Below, piece by piece: positions 50,550-64,000 of a stretch of DNA of 64,000 nucleotides. This DNA is from Octopus sinensis. Lineage: Eukaryota. The notes below the pieces were generated by a model. That model worked only from the letters and a program-made list of their open reading frames with translations, was not told the DNA's origin and did not search any database. Both the position numbers and the translations under genes were made by a program. The first letter of the stretch is position 1; every line of letters starts with the position of its first letter. The stretch lies in the NCBI RefSeq assembly GCF_006345805.1, contig NC_043001.1, forward strand, positions 74,524,001 to 74,588,000, given 5' to 3'.

Positions 50550-53500
50550 TGTGGTGTTAGTAGTGTTATGGGCTGTGATGAGCTATGTGGTGTTGGTGGA
50601 GGGGATTACAGATGAGGTGGACGGAAGTGAAGACTGCAGGGACCTGTGGCACAGCCACGGGGCATACGTGGGCAGGAAACACGTGTGGTCAGTTCGAGCA
50701 GAGACGGTAGCGAGCAAAGACGGCAGCGAGCAAAGACGTTTATTTCTTGAGAGTGATCGCTCATTCCGCCGAGGTCAAAAGGTAAGGCCTTTTGTATTTC
50801 TTTCTCTCGTTTGCTTCTTTTTTTGTTGTCCTTTTCCTCCATCACACTACAAGCTATTTCGGTCCATAACAAAAAAATAAATAAATAAAAAGAAAGATAC
50901 GAATGATGAGAGTTGTCCGTATTTCGAACGATATGATCAAACCATTTTGCGGTGACACGGATGTAGTCGCTTGGTTGAAGAAGATGAAGTTGGTGGCGAA
51001 GCTCCACGGTATAAACGACTTAGCGAGTTTTATACTGCTGTACTTAGATGGTTCGGTGTTGGCGCTGTACCTAGAAATGGAAGAGAGGGACCAACTTAGC
51101 GCGGAGAAAATAGAAATCCGTTTGATGGAGGCCTTTCCTGAGGGAATGTTCGAAGCATACGCTCACCTGGGGAAAGCAAAGTGGACTGGGGAACAGGTTG
51201 ACGTATTTGCGAACGAACTCAGAAGATTGGCTAAACTGGCGGGATATGAGAGAGAATCACTGGACCGAACGGTTAAATTAGCGTTTGTGACTGTCTTTCC
51301 TTACCACATGTCGGTCGAGTTGCAGAAGCTGCCGAACATTAACTCGATGGCGATGGCAGACATTGCATCTCGGGCTCGTGTGCTAGTTTCGTGCTGCAGG
51401 ACGACGTCGGTAGCACGACTGCAACAACGAAAAGTGACCGAGCAAGGAGCAGCGGAGAGGGGTCAAAGAAAGAACGTGTGCGACCATTCAAAGGACAGTG
51501 TTTCGGTGTCAGGGCCTGCATATAGTACGAGACTGCGAGTCACCCTAGCCTGAGGTCATTTGCTACCGGTGACGAGAAACGGGACATATAACCAGCGAAT
51601 GTCTGCGGGGAAATGATCTAAGGGAGACTACTGCGTCGATTGTTGTCCCTTTGAATCAATAGAGGCACGTTTATCATCATTACCTGTAGTCGACATTCTG
51701 ATGGAGGGGAAGATGTCGCCAGCCCTTGTGGACACGGGCTGTACGACGACCCTGATGACTCCTGAAGTGATAGAGACGTGGAGTGGAGAAAGCAGTGTAA
51801 GAGCAGTCGACGGAAGAGAGGTACACTGTGAAGGCATTACAGATGCGCAGATTGTGGTGCAGGGAACAAAGCTGACGCTGTGAGCAATTGTAGTTGGCCA
51901 CTTGGTGGACGAGATTGACATGATGCAATCACCCGTTTAGGAGGTGTCACTGTTAACGAAGCCGGTGTAACGTTCGGGTTTGCGAGGAAACCGTGTATAG
52001 CGAGACCGTGCATTGGTGAGAACCGTGAAGAAAAGTATGCTGTACACGCCACTGAAGACCAGGACTTTCGGGCTGTCTTCGGTGGCCAGAGGTGGACAGT
52101 GGAGTGGCACTGGAAGGGAGAGCCCCCGACGTTAAAAAATAAAGTGGGTTGCTATCAGCATACTCTAAAAGGAAATGCCAGAAGTGAGTTCGAGGGGGAG
52201 GTGGAGTGGTGGATGGCATATTGATCCCTTGGGAAGAAGTAGAGAGCAGAGTCCTGCCACTGATGGCGGTGTTACAGCCCACAAAGCATAAGGTCAGGCC
52301 AGTGCTTGACTTCTGAGAGATGAACGGCCACGTATCATGTCATATAGGCAGCGAGGTCACAGATGTCTGCGGAGACACTTTGCGAAAGTGGAGGCAGATG
52401 ACAGAGGCCTCCATGATCGTCGATTTGAAGTCGGCATACCTACAGATGCATTTGGCTGAGAAACTGTGGAAGTATCAGCTTGTCAGGTATAAGGGCCGGA
52501 CGTACTGTCTGACAAGGTTGGGGTTCGAGCTGAATGAATTCAGCGCCAAAGATTATGGCAACAATTCTCAAGGCCATCCTGGGAAAGGTACACAGTGTAA
52601 AAAGGGCCACCAATTCGTACATTGATGACATTCTGGTGGATGAAACCGTAATACCAGCAACGGAGGTCATAGGCCACCTGAAGAGTTTTGGACTGATCGC
52701 CAAGCCACTAGAGGCAATGGAGGTAGGAGCTGCACTGGACCTCAAGATATGGAGAGACAAGGCCGGCGCGTTGGTGTTCCGGCGAGGGAAGGAGATCCCC
52801 GAACTGGGCACCAGCATGAGTAGACGGGAACTGTTCTCGGTGTGCGAGAAGCTGGTGGGACACTACTCGATTGCAGGATGGCTCCGGACAGCATGTAGCT
52901 TCATCAAGAGACGAGCCGAAGGAGTGAAGTGGAACGATAGAGTGGGGGAGAAGACGACCGACATGATACAGGAACTCTTGGTCAGAGTGAGAGCAGAGGA
53001 TTCAGTGAGGGGCAGTTGGTATGTTCCAAAAATCAAAGAGTGGGATTGTATGGTGTGACGCCAGTAGTATCGTAATAGGGGTTGTCTTGGAAGTGGGAGG
53101 CGTCGTGGTGGAAGATGCAGCCTGGCTCAGGAAGACAGATGACTGTAATCATATCAATGTGGCGGAGTTGGATGCCGTGTTGAAGGGAGTGAACCTAGCC
53201 TTGAAGTGGGGGCTGCACACCATAGAAATCAGGACTGATTCGGCCATTGTACTTGGTTGGGTGACAGCAGTCATCACCAATGAGCGGTGGGTGCAAACCA
53301 AAGGGGCCGCAGAGATGCTGGCAAAGCATCGATTGGGGATACAATATGTCGCCCTGGTCAGGACAGGCTGAGGAGTCGGTGCAACACAGGGCAATATTCA
53401 GGTACGAGTGGAGGTATCCGTGTACTGCATCAATGCGATCCGGGGCAGAGGAAGAGCACGCCTTCGTGTAGGTTGGGGAAGAAGTTTGGGTAAAACCCCC

Positions 53501-54174
53501 AAACGCACGGTGTACATCACGATGGGGAAAGGGAACAATAACCTCCATCAATTCGAAGAACAACGTCTCTGTCGATGGTATGTCACGTCACGTTTTGGAT
53601 GTACGGAAGATTGTCCATGCCTCAGAGGATGGAACCAGCAGCAGTGGGCAAGAAGATGAAGACAGCAACAGTAGGCAAGAAGATGAAGACAGCATCAGTA
53701 GACAAAATGATGAAGCCAGCAGCAGCATGTCAGGAACTCAGGCCAGTCCCGGGGTCGCACGGTGACCACAGAGGGAGCGGCACCCTCCTCCCTGATTGGC
53801 TGATTATGAAACCAGTTAAGGTGTGAGTTCGGGAGCGAGGAGAGAGTAGGAAAGCCGGTTGAGTGATCTGTAGATCAGGGGTGTGTGTGGTGTTAGTGGT
53901 GTTATGGGCTGTGATAAGCTTTGTGGTGTTGGTGGAGGGGATTGCAGATGAGGTAGACGGAAGTGAAGACTGCAGGGACCTGTGGCACAGCCACGCGGCA
54001 TACGTGGGCAGGAAGTACGTGTGGTCAGTTCGAGCAGAGACGGCAGCGAGCAAAGACGTGTTTATTTCTTGAGAGTGATCGCTCATTCCACCGAGGTCAA
54101 CACGTAAAGGCCTTTTGTATTTCTTTCTCCCGTTTGCTTCTTTTTCTGTTGTCTTTTTCCTCCATCACACTACA
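50550..54174 (+). mobile_element. Ty3/Gypsy LTR retrotransposon, decayed, integrase core deleted
   Basis: LTR homology 50550-50851 vs 53886-54174, both ending CACACTACA. gag at 50903-51553, protease LVDTG at about 51730, RT (DLKSAY...YIDD) at about 52420-52630, RNase H (CDAS...ELDA...RTDS) at about 53050-53240. Only the integrase C-terminal end remains; many frameshifts. Confidence 0.9.
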
Positions 54175-54704
54175 CTTATTATGCAATTATAAATTAAAGG
54201 CTGTTGGAAATTGAAAATGCAAATCAGTACTACATACGCTTCTAAGAAAAACTGAATATGTTTTGTGTAACTTAAGTTACGTAACGCACACTCAGCTTTT
54301 CTTGGAAACATATGTTGTACGGATTACATTCTCCATTCCCTACATCTATCAATACACACACAAACACAAACGTGCGCGTGCGCGCGCGCACACACACACA
54401 CGTGCATGCGCACTCACATATATGGTGACAATGAAAATTTACAATTCTTTTTGAACGGTAATTAATGAAATTATTTCAAAATATATTATTCCACGAAACT
54501 ATAATTACGTATTTTTGATATAATTTTACTAATTACAATACGAAGGCATTGTGTATTTTCTTACTTCCTTTTTTTATTATTTTTTCCTATATCTTGTGAC
54601 TTGTGTGTAAGATGTTTTTAACTTTGTATGCATGTGTGTATGTATTTGTATGTAAATGGATGTCTGCCAATATCTGCCCGTCTGTCTGACTGTGTGTCTG
54701 TCTG

Positions 54705-54731
54705 TCTATCTATCTATCTATCTATCTATCC

Positions 54732-54795
<64 letters not shown>

Positions 54796-54894
54796 GCATA
54801 CACACACACACACACACATATATACACATATATATATATATATGTAGGTATGTATATGTATGTATGTATGTACATACATACACACACACACACA

Positions 54895-54981
<87 letters not shown>

Positions 54982-55040
54982 GTATACATACATACATACC
55001 TACTTATATATAAATATATATACATACATACATACACATA
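54705..55040. repeat. Compound (TATC)n/(CA)n/(TA)n microsatellite
   Basis: Visible directly in the sequence. Confidence 0.9.
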
Positions 55041-55069
55041 AATATATTTATATAAACAATTATAAATAA

Positions 55070-55257
55070 GAGCAAAAGAAAATAATTTCTCTGCCAATAT
55101 ACTGAAAAACAGACCTTAGATCGTCTAACCACATACAATATTTTTCACTATAAATACACACGCTGTGTATTTATAGTGAAAAATATTGTATGCGGTTACA
55201 CGATCTAAGGTCCGTTTTTTAGCATATTGGCATAGAACAATTTTATTTCTTTTGCCC
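55070..55257. mobile_element. Palindromic (fold-back) MITE-like element
   Basis: Arms of about 91 and 94 bp around a CGC loop at 55161-55163; the inner 49 bp have 2 mismatches. Confidence 0.7.
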
Positions 55258-55359
55258 TTATATTGCTTATATTTTTACCTTGAAAGGTATTTTAGTATGC
55301 TGGCCACCGATAAAATTCTTTCTGAAAAATTTTATCCTTTTATTAGAAGTATACACACA

Positions 55360-55399
<40 letters not shown>

Positions 55400-55565
55400 G
55401 TACACTTTTCGTTGTCTAATTACCAAAGCTCAGTCCAAGTTGTTCAGCAAGTGCGGTTATTTTCATTTCCTTTCATTTATATATTTATCTATTTGTATAT
55501 CTATTAATATATCTCTCTGTCTGCGTATCGATTGATATATTTGTAGACTCACCTACGTCTCTGTC

Positions 55566-55818
<253 letters not shown>

Positions 55819-55931
55819 TATTTACTTTCTCTTGAAAGACGGAATTTGAACTCAGAACGTAACGGCAGACGAAATACCGCTAAGCATTTCACCCGGCGTG
55901 CTAACGTTTCTGCCAGCTCGCCGCCTTAATA

Positions 55932-55962
<31 letters not shown>

Positions 55963-55991
55963 GGATAATAATAATAATAATAATAATAATG

Positions 55992-56047
<56 letters not shown>

Positions 56048-56181
56048 TGGCATAGAACAATTTTATTTCTTTTGCCCTTATATTGCTTATATTTTTACCT
56101 TGAAAGGTATTTTAGTATGCTGGCCACCGATAAAATTCTTTCTGAAAAATGTTATCCTTTTATTAGAAGTATACACACACA

Positions 56182-56233
<52 letters not shown>

Positions 56234-56279
56234 GTACACTTTTCGTTGTCTAATTACCAAAGCTCAGTCCAAGTTGTAA

Positions 56280-56832
56280 TTCCAGTACATACAGACCGAA
56301 CCATCAAGTTCCAGTACATACAGACCGAACCATCAAGGCCAATAAACCAGATATTGTTGTGAAAGACCAAAACAATAAAGTTTGCTTATTGATCGACATG
56401 AGCATCCCCTGTGATCATAATATCTCAGCGAAAGAGTTTGACAAGCTCAGAAAATATAAAGACCTACTCATTGAAATTGAGAAAATGTGGCATCTCAAGG
56501 CGGTTACAATACCAGTGAACGTAGGAGCACTAGGAATGATCAAGAAGGGAACCGAAAATTATATGAGAATGATCCCTGGCTTACCATCCCTGCAAGAAGT
56601 GCAAAAGATTGTCTTAACTGGTACATCACACGTATTGAGAAGAGCATTGTCGATGTGAGAACTGTTGCTGCTCATGTATTTTAATTTAACTTAAAAAAAA
56701 AAAAAAAAAATGAACGATCTACTGAGTTTGGTTTAATGGCCTACCAATGTATACTATGAGTTTCTTTGCCCTAGGAGTCGGGAAGACACTCGGCAAGAAA
56801 TGGAAGCAAATTTGAAAGAAGAAAAAAAAAAG
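56280..56832 (+). mobile_element. Dong/R4-type LINE, 5'-truncated copy 1
   Basis: ANKPDIVVKD...LLIDMSIP...KLRKYKDL...GALGMIKK...RRALSM* (PD-D-K RLE motif); 3'UTR followed by (TAA)n. Confidence 0.85.
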
Positions 56833-56849
56833 TAATAATAATAATAATA

Positions 56850-57984
56850 ATATACAGCTGGAAAACTACTATGAAATAACCACCATAGGACTGCAAAAAT
56901 ATCTACTTCAGAAGGAAGGAAAACTGATACAAATAGCGTCAAAACACGAGCAAAACAAAAAACTGTTCTCAGTATTTAAGGAAGCTGACAAATACAAACA
57001 AGAAATCATACCACCTAATAAATATGAAGAAGAAGATGAAGAAACAACAAAAGCTATAAAACAAATGAAATCCAAACTAAAACTAGAACAGCAAAGAACC
57101 ATGATAAAACGATGGCAAGAAAAGCCCCTTCATGGTAAATACTGGACTAAACTAAATGCAAAAGAAATAGACAACGAAAAATCCCCGCAATGGTTGAGAA
57201 GCTCAGGACTCAGAGCAGAGACAGAGGGATTTTTAATTGCAGCACAAGACCAAAGCCTCCCCACCAGAAATTACCAAAAGCATGTAATGAAAAGAAATAT
57301 AACAAGTAACTGCAGAATATGTGGAGATGGACAAGAAACAATAAATCATATTATCTCTGGCTGCCCAGTCCTGGCTAAGAAGGAATATATTCACAGACAT
57401 GACAGAGTTGGAACCTACATACACTGGAAGCTATGCCAACATTATGGAATGACAACAGAAAAAGATGGTATAGGCACACACCAGAAAAGGTCACAGAAAA
57501 GGTCACAGAAAACGAGAAAGCAACCATACTCTGGGATATGCCGAGACACACAGATAGAGAAATTAAGGCCAACAGACCAGATATAGTTGTCAGAGATCAT
57601 GAAGAAAAAAATGTTTTCTAATTGATGTATCAATACCGGCATATGACAACGTGTCTCTAAAAGAAATGGAGAAACTCTCAAAATACAAAGACCTGGAAAT
57701 AGAGGTAACCAGAATGTGGAATCTAAAAACAGAAACAATTCCTATTATAGTAGGTGCATTAGGCATGATAAAAAAATATTCAGACAAATACATAACAAAA
57801 ACACCAGGACTTACAAACACATATAACATACAGAAAATTGCACTACTAGGCACTGCACACATCCTACGCAGAACACTTTCCATACAATAACCATCAGAGC
57901 ATCACAACAAATCACAGCACATACCTAAGGCACACAGAGCTGCGCTCGGTAGTGAAGTGAAAGCACGCTATAAAAATAAAACTA

Positions 57985-57988
<4 letters not shown>
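56850..57988 (+). mobile_element. Dong/R4-type LINE, 5'-truncated copy 2
   Basis: AAQDQSL.TRNY, CRICG...ETINHIISGC...RHD (CCHC), RPDIVV...KYKDL; stop at 57890; flanked by (TAA)n on both sides. Confidence 0.9.
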
Positions 57989-58027
<39 letters not shown>

Positions 58028-58048
58028 TAATAATAATAATAATAATAA

Positions 58049-58089
<41 letters not shown>

Positions 58090-58090
58090 T
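57989..58090. repeat. (AAT)n microsatellite between Dong-type copies
   Basis: About 33 units. Confidence 0.95.
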
Positions 58091-59160
58091 AAAGCTGATA
58101 TGAACCGGTGGTACATGAAGACAGAACAGGGTGGAAGCGACTCAATTGCTGTGGAAGAGTGTGGACATATGGAAAGAAAAAGCCTACTACAATATTTACT
58201 GAACAGCACGGAGAAATTACTAGTGAAAAATTATCAGGTGATCAAGTGTAGAATAGGAGAGAAGGATAAGACTGAAATTCAGAGTGCATGTTAAACAGAT
58301 TGAAGAGAAAATTTTGTATGGTCAGTTTTGGAAAGTCCCGAAGATGTTTGTGGATCAAACTCCTGGGCTTGGTTAAAAAAGAGGCATTTAAAAAAAGAGA
58401 AACAAAGAGCCCACTTACAGCAGCTCAAGATCAAGCGATAAAAACAAACAACTTGAAAAAATATTTGTATGGGGAGAAGGTATCATAAAATGTAGAGTGT
58501 GTGGTATTTGGAATGAGACAGTGGTACACACTGTTGCAAAATGTCCTTAGATGGCACAGGAAGAATATAAGAAATAGAGGCATGACCAAGTTGTAAAAGT
58601 TTTACACTGGATGCTTTGTCAGAAATGGGGATTTGAAGCTGGAGCTACATGGTACGGGTCAAAAGAATGCTGGAGTCGGAGAAATGTAAAATTTTATGGG
58701 ATTCTCCTATTCAAACGGATAAGAAGCTAGAAAATAATAAACCAGACAAAATAATAATAGACAAGGAAAAGCGAAGTTGCTTACAAATTGATCTATCATG
58801 TCCGTTTGATTCCAGTATTATAAAGCGAGAGGATGAAAAAACAAACAAAAATACAATCCCTTAAATTTTGAAATTGCAAGTATTTGAAGTATGAAAACTG
58901 TAAAGGTTGTGCTTGTAATAATTGGAGCATTGGGATCTCTAAGTAAAGTTATAGACAAATAGTTGAAGGAGATTGAAATACAATGTTTTGTAGAGCTCCT
59001 ACAGAAAGTTTGCCTCTTAGGGAGAGGAAAGATTATCAGAAGGGTCTTAAGCATTTGAAAGACTATTGAAAGCTTGTGGATAACTAAGATTACAGGTAGT
59101 AACCCGCTACCCATGTAAATTCTACCAGGGCTAAGAACGAACCCGAATCAAATCATCAGC
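58091..59160 (+). mobile_element. Dong/R4-type LINE, degraded copy 3
   Basis: AAQDQAIKTN, CRVCG...ETVVH...C, ILWDSPIQTDKKLENNKPD...IGALG with stops and frameshifts. Confidence 0.8.
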
Positions 59161-61211
59161 AATAAACTTTTCTACTACAGGCACAAGACCTGAAATTTGG
59201 GTTGTGAGACAAATTTAATCGACCTCGAAAGAATGAAAGTCAAAGTCGACATCAGCGGAATTTGAACTCAGAACGTAGAGGGACGAAATGCCGACAAGCA
59301 TTTTGCCCAGCGTATTAACGATTCTAATAAACGCATATGTAGAGACGCACATATATGTACACACGTTAATATGTGTACGTATTATACCTGTGTGTGTGTG
59401 TGTGTGTGTGTGTCTGTATGTAATTATGTGCGTATGGATATAAATGTTTACTAAACTCCATTTTTGTTCTGCTCTGTTGTGTGATATGAGATAAATCTTT
59501 TCTCGCAATACACTGCAGTCGTCGCTCATTGCAGCCAAACGTCTTTTTCTGTCTCTGAGGAAGAAAATGCAGATCTACCCGACTAGTTTGAACTCTTGAC
59601 TGATTCTCCCCAGAGGCAATATAATGTGATCTTCCCACGAGGAGAAATATAGAAAAATAAAACACACACACACACCTATATATAGTAACTAAAGAAAGAG
59701 TGTCTGCCGCACCAAACTAATCAAAAGACGGAAGAAAACCACAGAGTTTATATGAATTTATATGAAGTAAAGTGAAGTAAAAATAGAGTGCAGTAGAGAA
59801 TGAGTGATGATTGGTTTATGGGTATAATTTTGGACATATATCAGTTTATTAAACCTTTTTAGTGAAATATAACCGAGCAGTTACTGCCAGGTTTAAGATA
59901 GTTTGAAAGATAAATGGAATAATACTGAACAACTACTGAATATGATAACTTAAAAGAGCAGCTGATGAGAATATATCTTAGAGTGCCTGCTGCGTGGAAA
60001 ATAAATAGTAAAGGGCATACTGACATAATATAAAGATTCAAGATCTGGTTTTTGTTCCCGACAGTATGCAGAAATGGAGGATATAAAGTTAAATGTTGCA
60101 CCACTCAAAACAAAATTGAAACACCAGTTACAGAGTTAATATGCTGGCATATGGATCTGTGGTTGTTTAATGCCCATAATCATACATCTTGTATATACTA
60201 AACTTCATAGGTTCATATTTGTATGTACTTCATAGAAGAGCCATTCTAGCCATTTAATAACATGTGAAAGCTGTTAAATTCACTTTAAATTAAAATATGT
60301 TTCATGAGGTGTCAAAATTTTTGTCGCATAACTGTGACCTGCTCACTGACATAGTCTCACTGCAACTGTTTCCACTACAACTCTTATGGAGAGGGAACTG
60401 TCTCAATGACTATGTGGCTGTTATGCAATGAAAAAGTTTGACATCTTATGAAATACATTTTAATCTAAAATTCATTTAACAGCTTGTGTGATATTAAATG
60501 ATCTTCAAATTTGAGAGGGGTTAGCCGATTACATCGTCTTCAGTGCTCAACTGGTACTTATTTTATTGATCCTGAAAGAGATGAAAGGCGTGGTCGACCT
60601 CGGCGGAATTTGAGCTCAGAACGTAAAGATCCGGAATAAACGTCGCAAAACCTTTTGATCGACATGCTCATGATTTTACCAGCTTGCTACCTTTGTATGT
60701 GTGTGTTGTGTTGTTAATTGGCTGTTCTATGATGGATTTCCTTCAAGAATAAGTAACTTGCTAAACAGATAGATTTCATTTTATATTTTATTTTAGATAA
60801 AATCTCTATATTTAGCAAGCTGTGGAATGGTAAATGTGACAATTACGTCTTTCACAAGAGTTTTAGGGATGGATGTAACTGAAGAGAAACGCATGCAACC
60901 GAAGCTAACCACGTATCTTTAGTCTTCGTCACTAGGGACACTATTACATATCACATATCCCATTCATGGAATTCAGTTGTGAATATTAAAGAAACACTTA
61001 TTTCTATTGTGCTACTCCAACTGTGGCTTATCTTCCTTGTGGTACATTAACTTGACCATTGATAATATATGTATGTTGGTCAATGATGTGTACGAACCAT
61101 GGATCTTATGGATGGTTGTTTGTTAATGTAATGGCTCGTTCGATCGACGTTTTCACCCTCACAGGGAACTTTCATATCTGCTACGAGATTCCATCGTGTT
61201 TATGTCAACGA

Positions 61212-61537
61212 GGTGAAGGTGCGCGGCTTAGTGGTTAGGGGTATTTGGCTAACGATCGTAAGGTCGTGAATTCGATTCCCGGCTGCGCGTTGTGTCCTTG
61301 AGCAAAACACTTTATTTCACGTTGCTCCAGTCCACTTAGCTGGAAAAAATGAGTTATACCTGTATTTCAAAGGGTCAGCCTTATCACAGTATGTGTCACG
61401 CTGAATCTCTCTGAGAACTACGTTAAACTACGCTTGTCTGTGGAGTGCTCAGCCACTTGTACGTTAATTTTACGAGCAGGCAGTTCCGTTGATCGGATCA
61501 ACTGGAACCCACGTCGTTGTAACCGACGGAGTGCCAG
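61212..61537 (+). mobile_element. tRNA-derived SINE, family C
   Basis: GGCTTAGTGGTTAGGG A-box-like and AATTCGATTCCC B-box-like motifs, then GTTGTGTCCTTGAGCAAAACAC body; second copy at 48553. Confidence 0.8.
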
Positions 61538-61764
61538 TTATGTCAATAACATTTAGTCTCACTGGTGTAAGTTAGTTTGATGTAAATATATGCACCAAGA
61601 AGTTGTATTGCTTATTGCTTTCAGATAAACAAGAGCAGCGTGTACCTAACAAATGTTTTGTTGGATTACGGAGCTGAATTAGAAAAATATTTCTGAGTAA
61701 ACTACATGAATTGGCAGAGACGATAGAACATCGGATTAAACGCCTCGCAGTATTTATCTTTTTA

Positions 61765-62110
61765 TCTTTTCTTTGTTTCAGTCATTAGCCTGCGACCATA
61801 CTGGAGCACCGCCTTGAATAATTTTTAGTCGAATGATTCGATCCCAGGACTTAATTTTTTGTTAAGCCTGGTACTTATTCTATCAGTTTCTTTCGTTGAA
61901 CCGCTAAGTTACGGGAATGTAAACACACCAATACCAGTTGTCAGGCGGTGATGGTGAACAAATACCGACACACACACATAGATACAAATACAGTTTCCAT
62001 TTACTAAATCCACTTACAAGGTTTGGTCGACCTGAGGCAACAGTAGCAGACACTTGCCCAAAGTGTGACGCAGTGGGACTGAACCCTGAACCGTGGGGTT
62101 AAGAAGTAAG
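61765..62110 (-). mobile_element. SINE family A (CpG retained)
   Basis: Reverse complement of family A. Confidence 0.8.
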
Positions 62111-62734
62111 CTTTTTACCGCACAGCCACGGTTCAGTTTCTTTGCGCTCTGAGTTCAAATTCCACCTTGGACAACTTTGCTTTTGTCCGTAATGAGGCTT
62201 CTATCGAGATTCAAATTCTAGCTTAGAATCTCAGCATAAGTGTATTTCTAAATAAGGAATAAATGCCTACGTGAACATGGTTGACATTGGCTGACTTATG
62301 ACAATTGAAGTGGTAAACTGCGAAGGATGTCGGTGAATCCTCCCACTAAATATCCTTGTCGAACATTCTAGAAATTCCGTTGTGGGGTTTTAAAAATTCA
62401 GTGAATTGAAGCCTAGGCAGAGCCAATCAGAAGTTCACAAGGATCTTTTGTCGCTCTGCTACGTGATATGATCTCTCATCTCAACACCTATGTTTCCTTA
62501 CTGAACGACCTGAGTCAACTTCGTGATAAAGCATTCTCATTCGTTCTACTTAATTTCTTATCAATTCGTATTACTATTTAACATATTATACAGTGAAAAT
62601 TTGTATTTACTCCATTTGACATATTTGAATGCTGTTTTATTTATTCAATAGTTGTATATATGTAAAGGTAAATGTTAATAGCAGGTAAATAAAAATGTAT
62701 GTGAACTAACACCAATATTAGGATTAATGAGCAA

Positions 62735-63090
62735 AATCTTTAGCACGCCGGGCAAAATGCTTAGCGGTATTTCGCCTGTCTTTACGTTCTGAGTTCAAAT
62801 TCCGCCGAGGTCGACTTTGCCTTTCATCCTTTGGGGGTCGTTTTAATAAGTACCAGTTACGCACTGGGGTCGATATAATCGACTGAATCCGTTTGTCCTC
62901 TCTGTGTTTAACCCCTTGTGGGTATTTCACTCGTCTTTACGTTTTGAGTTCCATTTCCGCCGACGTTAACTTTGACTTTTATTATCCTTTAGGGGTCGAT
63001 AAAATAGGTACCAGTTGAACACTGAGGTCGCTGTAATCAACTTACTTCCTGCTCCAAAGTTACTAGCCTTGCGCCAAAATTTGAAATTAA
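62735..63090 (+). mobile_element. Composite SINE family B
   Basis: Same dimer architecture as 44371-44760, with the tail shortened to CCCCTTGTGGGTA. Confidence 0.8.
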
Positions 63091-63534
63091 TATTAGTGTG
63101 GTCATTACTAATGTAACAGACAGTCTGTGAAATATTCATCAATAATTATTTAACAACTCAAGTGACACACTAAACTTCCTTTAGGGTCTATAATTAAAGC
63201 AACAGCCAAAGGTGAAGGATTTGATGTATGTTATAGCATTGAAGAAGATGCCTTGCGGTATTTGTTACGGCTCTGTACGTTCCAAGTTCAAATTCTGCCA
63301 GCTGGTAAACGAATTCTTTGAGATACGGCAGAAACAATGACAGCCTAGGATTTATAGGCGCGGGTATGGCTCCGTTGACAAGAAATTCGCCTCGCAGCCA
63401 CATAATCTCGGTTTCTGTTCGACAGTGAGGCTTTTTGGTAAGCGTCGTTTCTTACAGACTCGCGTCGACCTATGTCATGTAAGTGAAATTGACTCAACGA
63501 AAAATGTGCGGGAACTTCTCGGATGGAATGTACT

Positions 63535-63730
63535 CTTTTACTCTTTTACTTGTTTCATTTATTTGACTGCAGCCATGCTGGAATACACCTCGAAGTGTTT
63601 TTAGTCGAATAAATCGATCCCAGGACTTATTTTTAAAGCCTAGTACTTACTCTTTCGGTCTCTTTCACCGAATCGCTAAGTTACGGAGACCTAAATACAT
63701 CAACAGCGGTTGTCAAGAGGCGAGGAAAAC
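63535..63730 (-). mobile_element. SINE family A, 3' half
   Basis: CTCTTTTACTTGTTTC...GCAGCCATGCTGGA tail in reverse orientation. Confidence 0.75.
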
Positions 63731-64000
63731 ACACACATATTATAGGGAAAAGAAAACAAAACCAAGGCAAGACGAGTATCTCAGGTCATTTAGAATATTT
63801 AATTAGAGTAAGTTGAATAAAAAAAGAAGTAAAAGTAATTGATGTCTTACAGCTGTTTCTAGGGTATCCTAGGGAATGGGTCAACACCTATCCCATACTT
63901 TGGGTATTCCGTTATCAGAGACAAGGTGCGTATGCAGGAAAGTTCCAAAGAATTCACATTATATAGAAGAATGAAACAGTAGATAGAACAATACACGACG

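Noticed and set aside
59215-59538. Minus-strand ORF MAAMSDDCSVLREK... as a candidate first exon
   Set aside because: It runs into (CA)n and a SINE, has no convincing donor, and matches no protein family I recognise.
61212-61290. tRNA gene
   Set aside because: The A/B-box head continues into a SINE body that has a second copy at 48553-48870; there is no complete cloverleaf or poly-T terminator. The same applies to family-A heads.

Overview
AT-rich, intron-rich eukaryotic DNA, most likely from an octopus or other coleoid cephalopod (inferred from the SINE, RTE and microsatellite landscape). Three genes were reconstructed by hand from splice sites and reading phase. (1) The 5' part of H6PD on the minus strand (coding exons 6391-7046 and 1725-1816; the gene continues beyond the window start). 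(2) POLR1F/RPA43 on the plus strand, head-to-head with H6PD (exons 8596-8774, 13042-13533, 14598-14652; 241 aa). (3) A complete 13-exon METTL13/EEF1AKNMT on the minus strand (39371 to 17337; 676 aa). The region from about 40.4 to 64 kb shows no supportable gene and is filled with repeats: an integrase-deleted Gypsy element, four Dong/R4-type fragments (three in tandem within (TAA)n), SINEs, MITEs and long microsatellites. Main observations: a young 1.7-kb ORF1-only retroelement with a perfect 15-bp TSD in an H6PD intron, whose 3' tail matches that of a SINE subfamily; a Ginger-like MITE carrying tandem CRE-type motifs; two fold-back MITEs; SINEs chained through their own (TTA)n tails; and a CpG-decay boundary that appears to record gene-body methylation. 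All comparisons with known families are from memory; no database search was run.
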